Shown here: in pieces, positions 39,648 to 52,738 of the stretch
Position numbering within the stretch: position 1 is the first letter of the stretch
Layout of the letters: each line of letters begins with the position of its first letter
NCBI RefSeq assembly: GCF_006345805.1
Contig: NC_043010.1
Location: 27,032,001-27,096,000, forward strand
Reading direction: 5' to 3'
Source: Octopus sinensis
Taxonomy: Eukaryota
Length of the DNA stretch: 64,000 bases
Translations under genes and position numbers: made by a program
Notes under the pieces: generated by a model
The model's database searches: none
Seen by the model: only the letters and a program-made list of their open reading frames with translations
What the model was told of the DNA's origin: nothing

Positions 39648-39898
39648 ATATAAGTGACCCGTACTCATCGGCTGATGAGTACGGGTCACTTATATTTACT
39701 GCAATTTTTGTAGCCTTATTAAAGATGTCTTCGTACGAAACAATTGTACCAAAATATTGATCCATTCTTGTTGCTTTTTTTCTATTTATAATCACCCCAC
39801 TTTGTCGTATGGTTAACACCATATAGATTTCTGGTGCATCCAAGTTAAGTACCATATTCATGTGAATTCAACAGAACTCACTTGAATCTTAATTGCTT
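39648..39898 (+). mobile_element. Solo HHR-bearing terminal repeat of the 51-53 kb family, with 5' foldback
   Basis: Homologous to 53345-53575; 22-bp perfect inversion at 39648-39695 centred on the HHR core; (TA)n on both sides. Confidence 0.85.
39670..39754 (+). ncRNA. Type I hammerhead with long loop II; stem I truncated
   Basis: GG CUGAUGA GUACG [about 48 nt] CGUAC GAAA CAAUUG UA^ CC. Confidence 0.6.
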
Positions 39899-39925
39899 GT
39901 ATATATATGTATATGTATATATATG

Positions 39926-39959
<34 letters not shown>

Positions 39960-39962
39960 TAT

Positions 39963-40027
<65 letters not shown>

Positions 40028-40154
40028 GTAATCATTATAGATATAGGGTAGAGAATTATTAATTTAATAATTAATAAATTTTACCAAGTGGTTTTGGTAT
40101 GGAAAAAAACCATTATCGGTAGAAGACTTGTACAAAAAGTTTTTTCTATATAAT

Positions 40155-40390
40155 TATAGATATAATTAAGGGTTTACCAACAAGTTGCTTCACCACATAC
40201 CGAAAATTTAGAAATAGCAGCCAAAAAACAGCTAATTCATTTAAGTACAAATATGACTCCATAGACAACAATATTTGTAACTCACATGGAGTCATATTTG
40301 TAGTTAAATAAATTAGCTGTCTTTTGGCTGCTATTTCTAAGTTTTCAGTATGTGGTGAAGCAACCTGTTGCTAAACCCTTAATTATTTTT
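40155..40390. repeat. Palindrome, arms about 100 bp, made of the ggctgctatttcta tail family
   Basis: aagggtttaccaacaagttgcttccaccacataccgaaaatttagaaatagcagcc mirrors ggctgctatttctaagttttcagtatgtggtgaagcaacctgttgctaaaccctt. Confidence 0.85.
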
Positions 40391-40405
40391 ATATGTATGT
40401 ATGTA

Positions 40406-40444
<39 letters not shown>

Positions 40445-40445
<1 letters not shown>

Positions 40446-41142
40446 ACAATTACTCAATAGTCAAGATAAAACTCTGAATTTCGGATGCCGAAGTGGAAAT
40501 CCACAACACCATCTTTTCGGTTATCTGGCCATCTGAGAAACGCTATGAAAAAATACTGTTATATAAAGGGAAATTACTGTGTTATAATTCTGCTACTTAT
40601 ATAAATTAAGATTAAAAGTTCATAGTAAACACGTAAACATGGCTACTCATATGCTCACATGTGCACTCGCATACCCACGTGCGTACTTATACGTCACTAT
40701 GAAAACGTACACATCTTCACTCGCATTTTTCACCAAATGTATATGCATATATATACACTCATACACACACGCATGTACCGTAAAAGTTCATACATACATC
40801 TATATGAGCTTTTACGGTATGCGTGTGTATGTAGATATATGCGTATACATTTGGTGAAAAATGCGAGTGAAGATGTGTACGTTTTCATAGTGACGTATAA
40901 GTACGCACGTGGGTCTGCGAGCGCACATGTGAGCATATGAGTAGCCATGTTTACGTGTTTACTATGAACTTTTAATCTTAATTTATATAAGTAGCAGAAT
41001 TATAACACAGTAATTTCCCTTTATATAACAGTATTTTTTCATAGCGTTTCTCAGATGGCCAGATAACCGAAAAGATGGTGTTGTGGATTTCCACTTCGGC
41101 ATCCGAAATTCAGAGTTTTATCTTGACTATTGAGTAATTGTA
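40445..41142. repeat. About 700-bp near-perfect palindrome next to (TA)n
   Basis: tacaattactcaatagtcaagataaaactctg... mirrors ...cagagttttatcttgactattgagtaattgta; arms about 340 bp. Confidence 0.95.
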
Positions 41143-41225
41143 CATATTATTTTATAGATAAATTTCCTCTATTTACATAATATTGAGGTCTCTTTCTTTC
41201 TTTTGTTATCTTACCGTTTTTACCA

Positions 41226-41256
<31 letters not shown>

Positions 41257-41278
41257 TATACATACATACATACATACA

Positions 41279-41356
<78 letters not shown>

Positions 41357-41604
41357 TACATACACACATATATATATAGTGAGAAATTGAGGTTATGAAA
41401 GGTTAGGTGTCAAGAAGACCCAAAGGTATCAGGTAATGCTGAGTAAGTGCTATGGACAGACTATAATTAAGCTACACGTTCGGTGATTATGTGAATGAGG
41501 AGTCCAATGTGGGTCATATATTAGCATGTGTATATATGAAAAATTAACAGAATGAGATAAAAATCCAAGGCTGTGAAAGATTTCAGAACATTTATAAAGA
41601 GAAG

Positions 41605-41652
41605 GTCTTACACCTGTTTCCGGGATATTTTTTATATCCCTTCATCGGAGAC
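41605..41652 (-). ncRNA. Hammerhead-like motif (U4C variant) in a (TA)n-flanked element (41378-41826)
   Basis: Minus strand: GUCU CCGAUGA A GGGAUAU aaaaa AUAUCCC G GAAA C aggu G UA^ AGAC. The element also has a 52-bp internal inverted repeat (41540-41591 / 41775-41826). Confidence 0.6.
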
Positions 41653-41919
41653 GGTGTGAGAAAATGTTTAAGCAGTAGTTATTCTAGATACAAAATAGAG
41701 TGTGAAGTGGAGAAATGAAAACAGACATGAGATATGCAGGGATATTGTATCTGCAGTTCCATTATTTAAGCAGAATGTTCTAAAATCTTTCACAGCCTTG
41801 GATTTTTATCTCATTCTGTTAATTTTATATATATATATATATATATGGCCACAGTCAAATGACTGAAACAAGTAAAAGATATATATATATATATATATAT
41901 ATATGCATACCTTTCCTTC

Positions 41920-42395
41920 TTGGGACACAAAACTCTACTTGTGAAGACCTGTTGAGGCAAGTGAAAATCCAAAATCAAAATCAAAATCAAAATCGATCAA
42001 CATCAATGGAAATTGCAGCTGTGATACCAGTGCCGCTGGTACGTAAGAGAACCATCCGAACGTGGCCGTTGCCAGCGCCGCCCTGACTGGCCTTGTGCCG
42101 GTGGCACATAAAAAGCACCATCTGATCGTGGCCGTTGCCAGCCTCGCCTGGCACATAAAAAGCACCATCCGATCGTGGCCGTTTGCCAGCCTCGTCTGGC
42201 ACCTGTGCCAGTGGCACGTGAAAAGCACCCACTACACTCATGGAGTGGTTGGCGTTAGGAAGGGCATCCAGTCGTAGAAACATTGCCAGATCAGACTGGG
42301 CCTGGTGCAGCCTTCTGGCTTCCCAGACCCCAGTTGAACCGTCCATCCCATGCTAGCATGGAAAGCGGACGCTAAACGATGATGATGATGATGAT
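41920..42395 (+). mobile_element. 5'-truncated RTE 3'-UTR copy / RTE-tailed short element with (GAT)n tail
   Basis: Matches the 3' UTR of the RTE at 60215-61189(-); similar copies at about 4195-4390, 43640-44000, 50345-50560, 56755-57275, 58200-58450 and 59030-60210. Confidence 0.85.
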
Positions 42396-43392
42396 ATGGT
42401 GGAGTGAGTCTAAAAGAGTTCCTGGCTTTGGATAAAAGAAATACAGGAGGATCAGTTAATTATGATTTTATTCAACATATTCCCCTCTCAGATTCACACA
42501 CTTATTGCAATGGTATTTCAGTTTTTCTAAGCCCTGTAAAAGAACTTGGATGGTTGGGCCTCCATCCATGCCTTTCATGACACCCTTAAAGCCAGGAACT
42601 TTTCAGCACCCCTCGTGTGTGGATACATATTTATATATGGATGGATGGATGGTTGGATGGATAGATGGGTGGATGGATGCATTTGTATGTATGTGTTTGT
42701 GAATCTTTGGAGTTAGATATGTATGTGATGTACATTTGCATTTATGCATGTGTATGTAGTTGTGTCTGTGTGTGGCAGGGATGTAGTTATACATGTGTGT
42801 GCATGTCTGTGTGTAGATAGAGGAAAGTGAACAAAGAAAATTAAAGAACAAATGTAAAAGCAAAACCAAAACATATTGTAATATATTTTATTTTATTTTA
42901 AGAGATAAATATTGCTGTCGGTCGGTAGAGTAAACCAAAATACAACAACAAATAATTTCTATTCACACACACACACACATGTTTATATACACACATGCAC
43001 ATATATATGCATATGTGTGTACATATATAAATATATATATATATAGGTGCAGGTGTTGCTGTGTGGTAAGTAGCTTGCTTACCAACCACATGGTTCTGGG
43101 TTCAGGGACTGTGCAGCACCTTGGGCAAGTGTCTTCTACTACAGCCTCAGGCCAACCAAAGCTCTGTGAATGGATTTGGTAGACGGAAACTGAAAGAAGC
43201 CCTTCATATATATGTATATATGTGTGTGTGTATGTTTGTGTGTCTGTGTTTGTCCACCCACCATCGCTTGACAACCGCTGCTGGTGTGTTTGTGTCTCTG
43301 TCACTTAGCGGTTTGGCAAAGAGACCAATAGAATAAGTACTAGGCTTACAAAGAATAAGTTCTGAAACAAATAAAAAAAAATAAAAGAATAA

Positions 43393-43423
<31 letters not shown>

Positions 43424-44232
43424 TGCACATACATACATCCTTATATATATTTTTATCATCATCATCATTATCATTTACCATCCATGTTCTATGCTGGCAT
43501 CCATATGTATTATAGATATGCTGTGATTGAGAAGACCTGGAAACTAAAATGAGATCGCAGCCATGCATGTTTAGCCCAGTTAAGAGTTCCTCTGATGCAT
43601 CAGACAATATGATATGCTTGAGAAGGCCTGTTGAGTCAAGTAAAACCAATATCATAGCTGTGGCCAGTGACACCTGACTGGCTCCTGTGCTGGTGGCATG
43701 TAAAAAGCACCATCTGAATGTGGTTGATGCCAGTGCTGCCTTGACTGGCTCCCATGCCAGTGACACATTAAAGGCATTCTCCAAACATGATTGATGTCAG
43801 GCCCGCTTGACTGGCTCCTGTGCCGGTGGCACATAAAAAGCATCCACTACACTCTTGGAATGGTTGGCGTTAGGAAGGGCATCCAGCTGTAGAAACCTTA
43901 CCAGATCAGACTCGAGCCTGGTGCAGTCGCTGACTTTCCAACCCTCAGTCAAACCATCCAACCCATGCTAGCATAGAAAACAGACGTTAAATGATGATGA
44001 TGTGTATAATATAAATATCTACATGTGTCTATATGTAGTCTAAAGAAAGCAAGCAATTGAAGTCAGTGCCATTATCAACTTTTTCTTTGTTAAAGTTTGT
44101 AAATCTGTACTTTACTATAAATGTATGCAAACACCGATTGTGTGTGTATGTTTCCATAAGTTTCCATAAGTCAGAAAAAGAAACAGGTGTTCATATTTCA
44201 TGTAATAGTGTGGGTATATAATTCATACAATA

Positions 44233-44604
44233 CTAGCACTATGACCTGGCAACGCTGGGTCATAGTGCTAATGCATGCGTATACAACTGCGTGCGTACGC
44301 ACATACACACGAGTACTGTCCAAATTTCCGACCAATCACATACAGCTAGCTGGCATTCAATTGGCGTATCAAGTTTCGGGCATTTTGATTGGGTTTTGGA
44401 TAGAAAATTCACAAAAAAGTCACTTCTAATGATTTGTTAATGGCTTTGCGGGGTTACTGGGGAAATGTAAAAATATGCACGAACACCCTTGGATGGTTTT
44501 GAATGACCATAGAAAGTGCGAGCCCTCTAACTGAAAAATTGTGGATTTGTATAAAGGATACACACACACACAGACAGACATTTTGCCATTTATATATATA
44601 GAGA
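44233..44604 (-). mobile_element. Non-autonomous Helitron-type element
   Basis: Minus strand starts TCtctatatatataaatgg and ends in the hairpin tagcactatgacc...ggtcatagtg followed by CTAG. Confidence 0.75.
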
Positions 44605-45589
44605 TTATAAAATTAGACTTATAACAGCCAATTCATGTTACTGAATGGTTTCATCTTGAAGAACCTCCGAGTTGCAGAAAGGTAAATCAACAATCATTGG
44701 ACATGGCTGAATGGAAGATTATAGTTTGGGTTTTATATGACTGGAGGTGTAGTCTTTCATTCAGCTATGTCTGATGATTGTTGATTTAACTTTCCACATG
44801 TTGAGGATTCTGCAACATGAAACTGTTCTGTAATATGAAGTGATGTTACAGCACACATATATACATATAGATACATACATATGCACATGTGCGTATGTGT
44901 GAGAGAAAGAGAGAACACACGCATATATATATAGTTTGTAAATACTGAGTTGAAAAACACTTAAGCAGAGAAACAGATGGAAGTCTACACCTCTCTGATA
45001 AGCCCTACTCAATAAGCTATAAAGGCACAAGTAGAAATTCCATACAGTATAATCCTTACAACCTATGGATCCATTAGTGGTGCTGTGGAATCACAAGAAG
45101 GTCAACAGAGAAAGAAGACTGTGTTTGGTTGATATGCTGGAGCAATAAGCACTAAGTATTCATAGGGACTCAAATGCACAAGAGGTTTCCTGGAAATAGT
45201 GAATAGTTTTTTCTGTTATCTAGCTGGCCTAATTAGCAGTGGAGAGGCATGTTCTGAAAGTGTATTTTGTTGCTATCATATTAAATTATTGTATGTCCAA
45301 ATTTGGCCAAATGCATGTTTTTCAATATTTATTTTTGCTTGCAATAAATAGCCGGTTCTTTTGGTCAATCTATCATATCTCCAGCTGCTTCAGATGCCAA
45401 GATATCAAAAATTGTCAAAGTGTAGTGCAATGGTTTTGCTATGGAATGGTGAAACTATTTTTTTGTTTCCTGAAAAAGCAATATTTTGGACTTACGACAC
45501 TTTTGCATAATAGCAACGATTTCTAGAATAAGAATTGGATGGGGAAAGTTCTGGAGGTTATTGTTTCTATTGGTTACAAAAGTTCTCTA

Positions 45590-46030
45590 CCTCAGAGTGA
45601 AAGGCAGATTGTACGATGCTTGTTTATAAGCAGCATTGCTAAAGCTTAGTGTGACATGGGCTCCGAATATAGAGGACATGTGCAGACTGGAGAGGAATGA
45701 AACTAGAATATTCCACTGGATGTCCAATGTCAGTGTACATGTACCACAAAGTGCAAACATGTTGAGAAAAAAATTGGGCATGAGAGGAATGAGATGTGGT
45801 GTGCAAGAGAGAAAACTGTACTGGGAAGGTCATGTGATGCAGATGAATGACAACAACTGAATAAAGAAGTGTGACTTGCTTAAAATGAATGAAACCTGTA
45901 GAAGACAAAAACCCAGGAAGTCACGAGACGAATTAATGAAGGCTGATCTCAAGATGTGTCTCACAATGGAGATGACAAAGGACTGAGATTATTAGCATTT
46001 TGCTGTGATTGATATGGCCAATCCATCACA
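45590..46030 (+). mobile_element. RTE ORF2 3' fragment, decayed
   Basis: EDMCRLERNETRIFHWMSNVSVH...LRKKLGMRGMRCGVQERKLYWEGHV matches the C-terminus of ORF 61190-61966. Confidence 0.85.
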
Positions 46031-46592
46031 ATGAAGGTAAGGTTCTAAAAGCATTAGGTTCATGTCTGTAACCACACCAGAATCTACCCTGCACCCAATC
46101 TGTCTCCACCAGCCTTTTCCCACCTCTCCTCTTCCTAACATCCATCCATCACCCTTTAAACAATGTACTATCCAATGTACTAATCATATGACATTAGAAT
46201 CTGCACACATTTCTTTTTTTTCTTGTGCTACTCATTACCTTCTCTCGGATTCAGTTTCTTTAACATCTATCCCTCATTCACAGCATTATTTCTTCTCATT
46301 TTATTTCCCACTTGTCACCACGTTCTGTGCCCCCAGATATTTCTTCCTCCCCTCTGAAATACTATGTCTCATCTTTAACACCATCTCCTGTCTGCCACCA
46401 CTATCAACCTCCACTCTCATATTCACCATCAATGATATTCTCTTTATCTCCCACATTACATAATTCTGACTTCCATTTGTGTCCCTGTGCATCTTCACAC
46501 ACATACACACACACTCCCACCCTACACATCATAGACAGATAGATAGATAGAGAGAGAGAGAGGAGGACAGATAGATAGATATATAAATAGAC

Positions 46593-46623
<31 letters not shown>

Positions 46624-46702
46624 TAGAAGGACAGATAGATAGATTGATAGATAAATAGATAGATAGAAAAACAGATAGATAGATTGACAGACAGGCAGAC
46701 AT

Positions 46703-46767
<65 letters not shown>

Positions 46768-46827
46768 CGCCTGTTCAGAATATGGTGGTAAGATTTCCTA
46801 GCATTTCTAGATTTATTTATCGGAATA

Positions 46828-46879
46828 TTATGTTGATGAAGGAAATGAATCTCTGATTCTAATCCAGAAACGTATGCAT
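46828..46879 (+). ncRNA. Degenerate hammerhead motif in a (TA)n-flanked element (46765-47075)
   Basis: uaug UUGAUGA A GGA..GAAUC ucu GAUUC..UCC A GAAA CG UA^ UGCAU; C3 is mutated and stem I is degraded. Confidence 0.4.
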
Positions 46880-47379
46880 CCATAATTGACCGGACACTGT
46901 TTGATTTCGTTGTTTTTCTTCATTTTTTTGCCATAGTGAGTTACAAATACTGTTGTCTGTGGGACATATTTTTGTAGTAAAAGAAATAACAGTCGTCTGG
47001 CTGCTATTTCTAATACTTTCGGTATGTGGTCTAGCAACCTGTTGCAAAGACCCTCATTGTTATAATTATATATATATCTTAAAGATCAAATGCATTGTTA
47101 CCTTTGATGAGACAACAGACCATTTATTCCATCAAGGCGATGAGTTCAGACAGAGACTCTGCTTGGCTTTGATCCATCTATGACATTCCTGAGAAAATAT
47201 AACTCTTTGTCCCCAAAAGGTTGGAAAGATTAAAGTCACCCGGTGTATGATGAGGACATTGGTATTCTGCTCCCCAAATCAGTTATTGCTTCTTTTGTGT
47301 TGCTAAGGCTCTCTTCAAATTTTGTGCCGTGGTCAAATGCATCTTGGGTGTAATACACACACACACACACACACATGTA

Positions 47380-48215
47380 TTGGGTCCTCCCATAAATAAT
47401 GCATTTTTTTATACTTGTTTTATTTTTCAAAATTAAGATAAGCAAAGTTCTTTTTTAATCTAAAATATACTCTCCTTCATTTTCTACAATGCTCTTCCGT
47501 CTATCTGGTAGACTTGCAAGGCCCCTCTTCCAAAATTCAATTGTCCGTGATGAAAAATACTCCTCCAGGACTGTTCTGACCTCGTCTGCAGAATTCATAT
47601 ATTTTCCGTCCAAATGATTTTGAAGACTGCAGAATAAATGATAACTAGATGAGGCAATGTCTGGCAAGTATGGTAGGTGGGTGGGGCATCATTTCCCATT
47701 CAAACTGCTCCAGTTTTCGGAATGTCATCCTCGGTTTATGTGACCAAGCATTATCCTGATGCATTTTACATCTAGCACTGACTTGAATAACTGGGTGAAT
47801 GACCAAATCCAAGCTACTCCGCTAGTTTCTCAACAGTTACAGTGGGATTTTGTTCCGCCAGGTTTTGCAGGACGTCTTCATCGAACTTTACAGATCTTCT
47901 AGGCAGTAATTTCCAGCTTATTGTCTGATCCCCATATACTGCATTAATATTCCTCACACTTTCCGTTACATTGTTGCCTTTATTGAACTCATAAAGCAAA
48001 ATTTGATGAATATGCTCCTTTGTCACTTCCATTATAGCTTTGAAAAAATAACTGTTAAAATCGAACTGCACTCTTCAAAACTTGCACTAAGAATAAGGTC
48101 AGGATAAAATTACTACCTGCTTTTATAACAAGTTGATGCAAGTAGTTTATCCTGTCCCCCTCTGACTTTTATTTCATGCAATTTCAAAGACCACATTATT
48201 TATGGGATGACCCAA
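47380..48215 (-). mobile_element. Internally deleted mariner with both TIRs
   Basis: TIRs ttgggtcctcccataaataatg / cattatttatgggatgacccaa with TA on each side; EHIHQILLYEFNKG..NINAVYGD and PDIASSSYHLFCSLQNHL. Confidence 0.9.
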
Positions 48216-48448
48216 TATATATAAGTTGATCAGCTGGCAGAGTCATTACCATGCCAGGAACAATGCTTGGCAGCAATTTGTTGGCCTTCATGTTCAAATT
48301 CTGCTGAGGTCGACTTTAATTTTCATCCTTTTGGGATGAATAAAATAAGTACCAGTTGAAGATTGGGATCAACATAATCAATTTACCCTTTTCCCTGAAA
48401 TTACTGGGCTTCTGACAAAATTTGAAATCAACATGTATGTGTGTGTGC

Positions 48449-48479
<31 letters not shown>

Positions 48480-48858
48480 TGTATATATATATATATTTAT
48501 ATAGGAGTGGCTGTGTGGTAAGTAGTTTGCCTACCAACCACATGATCCCAGGTTCAGTCCCACTGTGTGGCGCCTAGGGCAAGTGTCTTCTATTATAGCC
48601 TCAGGATTTGGTAGATGGAAACTGGAAGAGGCCCATCATATATGCATGTGTGTGTATATATTTGTGTGTCTGTGTTTGTCCCCCCAACATCGCTTGACAA
48701 CCGATGCTGGTGTGTTTACGTCCCCGTTACTTAGCGGTTCGCCAAAAGAGACCAGTAGAATAAGTACTAGGCTGACAAAGAATAAGTCCTGGGGTTGATT
48801 TGCTTGACTAAAAGCAGTGCTCCAGCATGGCCACAGTCAAATGGATGAAACAAGTAAA

Positions 48859-48914
<56 letters not shown>

Positions 48915-49949
48915 GGGGGAGTCAAAAAAAAGTTCTTGGCTTTGAGTAAAAGAAAATACAGGAGGATCAGTTAACTATGATTTTATTCAACATATTCCCC
49001 TCTCAGATTCACATGCTTATTGCAGCAGTGTTGCAGTTTTTCTAAGCCTATATGTATAAAACTATTATCATCTCATACATGTATGTGTGTCATTATAAGT
49101 ATATGTAGATGCACAGTTATTCATACTCCTGCGTACACACATTAACAGGCATAAGCATTCATATGGTATGCATGTATATGCATAAGTTCACATGGATATA
49201 TGTACAGTTGTATGCATATATAGAAGCATATACAAGCTTGCTTCTCATATGGACACACAGATGCACATGTGCAAGCTTAGGGTTGCAGGGAAGAGACTCA
49301 AATGTCCATATTGATATGCATGCATTTGCACATTTATGGTGATGTGCACATCTGCTTAGATGAAATTGTGTTTCATTCATTTGGTGAAGGTGGAAGGGGC
49401 GGTAGTGGTAACAGCGGTGGTGACAGCAGCAGTGGTGGCAGTGATGTTAATGAGTATGATGATGCTAATAATGATGATGATGTTGAAACACATGTACATG
49501 TGTGCACACACATGGAACATTCCTATACAGAGACTTAAATAAACGAAGTCGACTGAAACAGACTCAAGCTTTCATGCCTACATACTCATCAGTGCACATG
49601 TACATGTAGCACTTGCATCATGCAAGCACATGCACATTATATCGCTGAAATTCATATGCATATATATTCATAACCATGCTCAATGGATACATGTATGTGT
49701 ACACACTAGCATGTCTTCACATTCCCACATATATATATACATATATATATATACATATATATACATATATATATATACATATATATATAGACATGTATAT
49801 ATACATATATATGTACATATATATACATGCATATGTATATACATGCATATATACATGCATATATATATATATACATACATACATACATACAAACATACAC
49901 ACACACATATATATATATACATACATATATGTAATATATACATACATAC

Positions 49950-49981
<32 letters not shown>

Positions 49982-49982
49982 C

Positions 49983-50241
49983 GTGATGCATATATGCCAT
50001 TTGAATATGGCTAACCCAAAAGGGTGGATGCTACTGTAGTTTGTAGCCCCAGGAAGACACCTCCTCCCGCTGGCTATAGACACACTATCTGTGTCCTGTC
50101 AGTATTTGTGAAGGGGAGTCATCCTCCCCTTCAGGACACAGATAGTGTGTCTAGCGGGAGGAGGTGTCTCCCTGGGGCTACAAACTACAGTAGCATCCAC
50201 CCTTTTGGGTTAGCCATATTCAAATGGCATATATGCATCAC
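49983..50241. repeat. Palindrome, arms about 110 bp, with a nested central hairpin
   Basis: gtgatgcatatatgccatttgaatatggctaaccc... mirrors ...gggttagccatattcaaatggcatatatgcatcac; centre tgaagggga..tccccttca. Confidence 0.9.
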
Positions 50242-50284
50242 GTTGTGTTACCGCTACTGTTTATAACTCGCTCTGAGATTTATC

Positions 50285-50350
<66 letters not shown>

Positions 50351-51144
50351 CCGGCGCAGCCTTGGCTGGCTTCCGTGCCGGTGGCACATAAAAAGCACCC
50401 ACTACACTCACGGAGTGGTTGGCGTTAGGAAGGGCATTCAGCTGTAGAAACACTGCCAGATCAGACTGGAGCCTGGTGCAGCCTTCTGGCTTCCCAGATC
50501 CCCGGTCGAACCATCCAAACCATGCTAGCATGGAGAACGGACGTTAAACGATGATGATGATATAGATACATATATATATACATATATATATATTCATGCA
50601 TTTGCACACATGCAACACCTGCATGCACATCTGTGCACAGAAATATGCACTTGTGCATGTTGAGATGCAAAGGTACGCACATTTGTTCTCGTGAATACCT
50701 GTTCAATTGCAAGTTAATGATGAAAAGACAGGTAAATCAGATAAGTTACATAAAAAGAAAAAAGATTTATGAATTGTGTAATTTACATCAAAGCAAGGAA
50801 TAAGTTGGACGAGAGAAGACTAAAGATAAGTAAGATACAATAAATCGAATGGCAAAAGGTGATAATAAATGACAAATGATGGCAGGGTAGAAAAGGTGAT
50901 AAACCTGGAAAATTAAATTTCAATTAATTGATTGAAAGGAAATTTTCTTGAGCAAAAAAAAATAAATAAATTGGTAAATGGTATTAAATAGTAAATGCAT
51001 AAAGGTGGTGTTGCTTCCCAACCACATGGTTCCAGGTTCAGTCCCACTGTATGGTGCCTTAGACATATATAAAGTCTTCTACTATAGCCCCAGACTGACC
51101 AAAGCCTTGTGGGTGGATTTGATAGACCGAAACTTAAAGAACCC

Positions 51145-51193
<49 letters not shown>

Positions 51194-51222
51194 CAAGAAA
51201 GAAGCAACAAGAATGGATTAGT

Positions 51223-51313
51223 TTTTAGTACAATTGTTTCATACAAAGACAGGCTTTATTACAAGTTGCAAAAATTGCAGCAGATAAAAGTGTCCCATAC
51301 TCATCAGCTAAAA
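51223..51313 (-). ncRNA. Type I hammerhead with long loop II (sense to the GIY-YIG ORF)
   Basis: UUUUAG CUGAUGA GUAUGGGAC...GUCUUUGUAU GAAA CAAUUG UA^ CUAAAA. Confidence 0.75.
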
Positions 51314-52738
51314 TACATATGAGTTCTCCAAACATCTTAGTGGGTGAGGTTATACTCATGAAATATTGGAGATAATTTCATTAAAGGCAGATATAGGTTG
51401 CAAACAGATTTCCAAAGTTCCTTAATGATGATGCACAGTCTTATCACAGATTCTTAAAAGCTTATTAGTTTCAAAGAGAAGATGAATTAATCCGTAGTGT
51501 AGATTTAAATTTCCAGAGATATGAGGAGGATGATGCACAGACTTATCACAGGTTTTTAAAAGCTTATTAGCTTCACAGAAAAGGTGAATTAATCCGTAGT
51601 GAAGATTTAAATTTCCAGCGATATGAGGAGGAATTTCATACTCACAGACGATGAATTTAACCATTTTTGATCCACAATCATTTCATGCTATATGATAAGG
51701 TATTTGCCACATTACTGCTCTCCATGCAAAACTGCTATGTTAAGATTTCTAAAAGCTGAAGGAATTTATTTGTGGAGCAAAGAAAATAAAAGAAAAAAGA
51801 AAAGAGACAAGGAAAAAAGAAAAAGAAAAAAGAGAAGAAGAAAGAAGGAAAAGAAAAAGAAAAAGGAAGAGAAACGGGGGGGGAGAAGAAAAGAAAAAGA
51901 AAAAGGAAAAGAAAAAGAAAAAAGGGGAAGAAGGGAGAAAAGAAAAGGCGCCTATATAGAGTATACTGTGACAACTTAGAGGGAGGGGGTTCTAAAGTGA
52001 CCAAATACAGAAGAATTTGTAGACAACTTAGTTAGCTTGAATCTGTAAGAATCCAGGAACTATGAGGAGAAAATTATTTTTGACCAGTAAACAGCTATTT
52101 ACTATCAACCTGACGTAGATGAAAGCAGATATGAATCTAAAGAGAATTTAAAGAGATAAACAAGGTCAGGGGTAGAGGGGTCAAAAGCTATCATCAAAAG
52201 GAAATACATTAAGAGAAAAGATCTAAGTGCAACCCTAACCAGAGGTCATTTAAATTTATTTATTTATTTATTCCTGTTACTGTCTTAAAATTGTTGCCGT
52301 TACTATCAATACATTAACAGACTACCGGTCAAAACTTAGAATTTAATTAACAAGGTGTGATGGAATTGTCTATTATATTGAAGTTTCTCATACTACTTTC
52401 AAGGGAGTATCTTTACTTATTTAATTTTGTAATAGAATTGTTAAGCCTTAGTAACTTATTTCATTAAAGTTGTGTTACCTAAACTAGATTAAGTTCAAAA
52501 ATTAAAAATTAAAAATAAAAATTAAGATTTAAGAATTAAATAAGAATTAAATAAACTCTCATTTAAGCAACGTACGAGTACTATTTATTTCCCAATGCTC
52601 AAAATCAGGTGCAGTTATAAAGAAAAAGATAACTATAGTGTGAGAACTCGCAGTTATCTACTTAAAAGTAATGCTATACTAGTAAAAACCCAGTTATATT
52701 TATCTACCTATCTTGTTACGATTATTCTATACAGTTAT

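Noticed and set aside
41040-41120. Hammerhead in the right arm of the 700-bp palindrome
   Set aside because: A stem II-like helix and GAAA are present, but no CUGANGA core; at most a relic.
49560-49605. Minus-strand CUGAUGA GUAUG..CAU GAAAGCUU motif
   Set aside because: No stem I complementarity. CUGAUGA hits near 7198, 12016, 37770 and 62055 likewise lack a properly placed GAAA.
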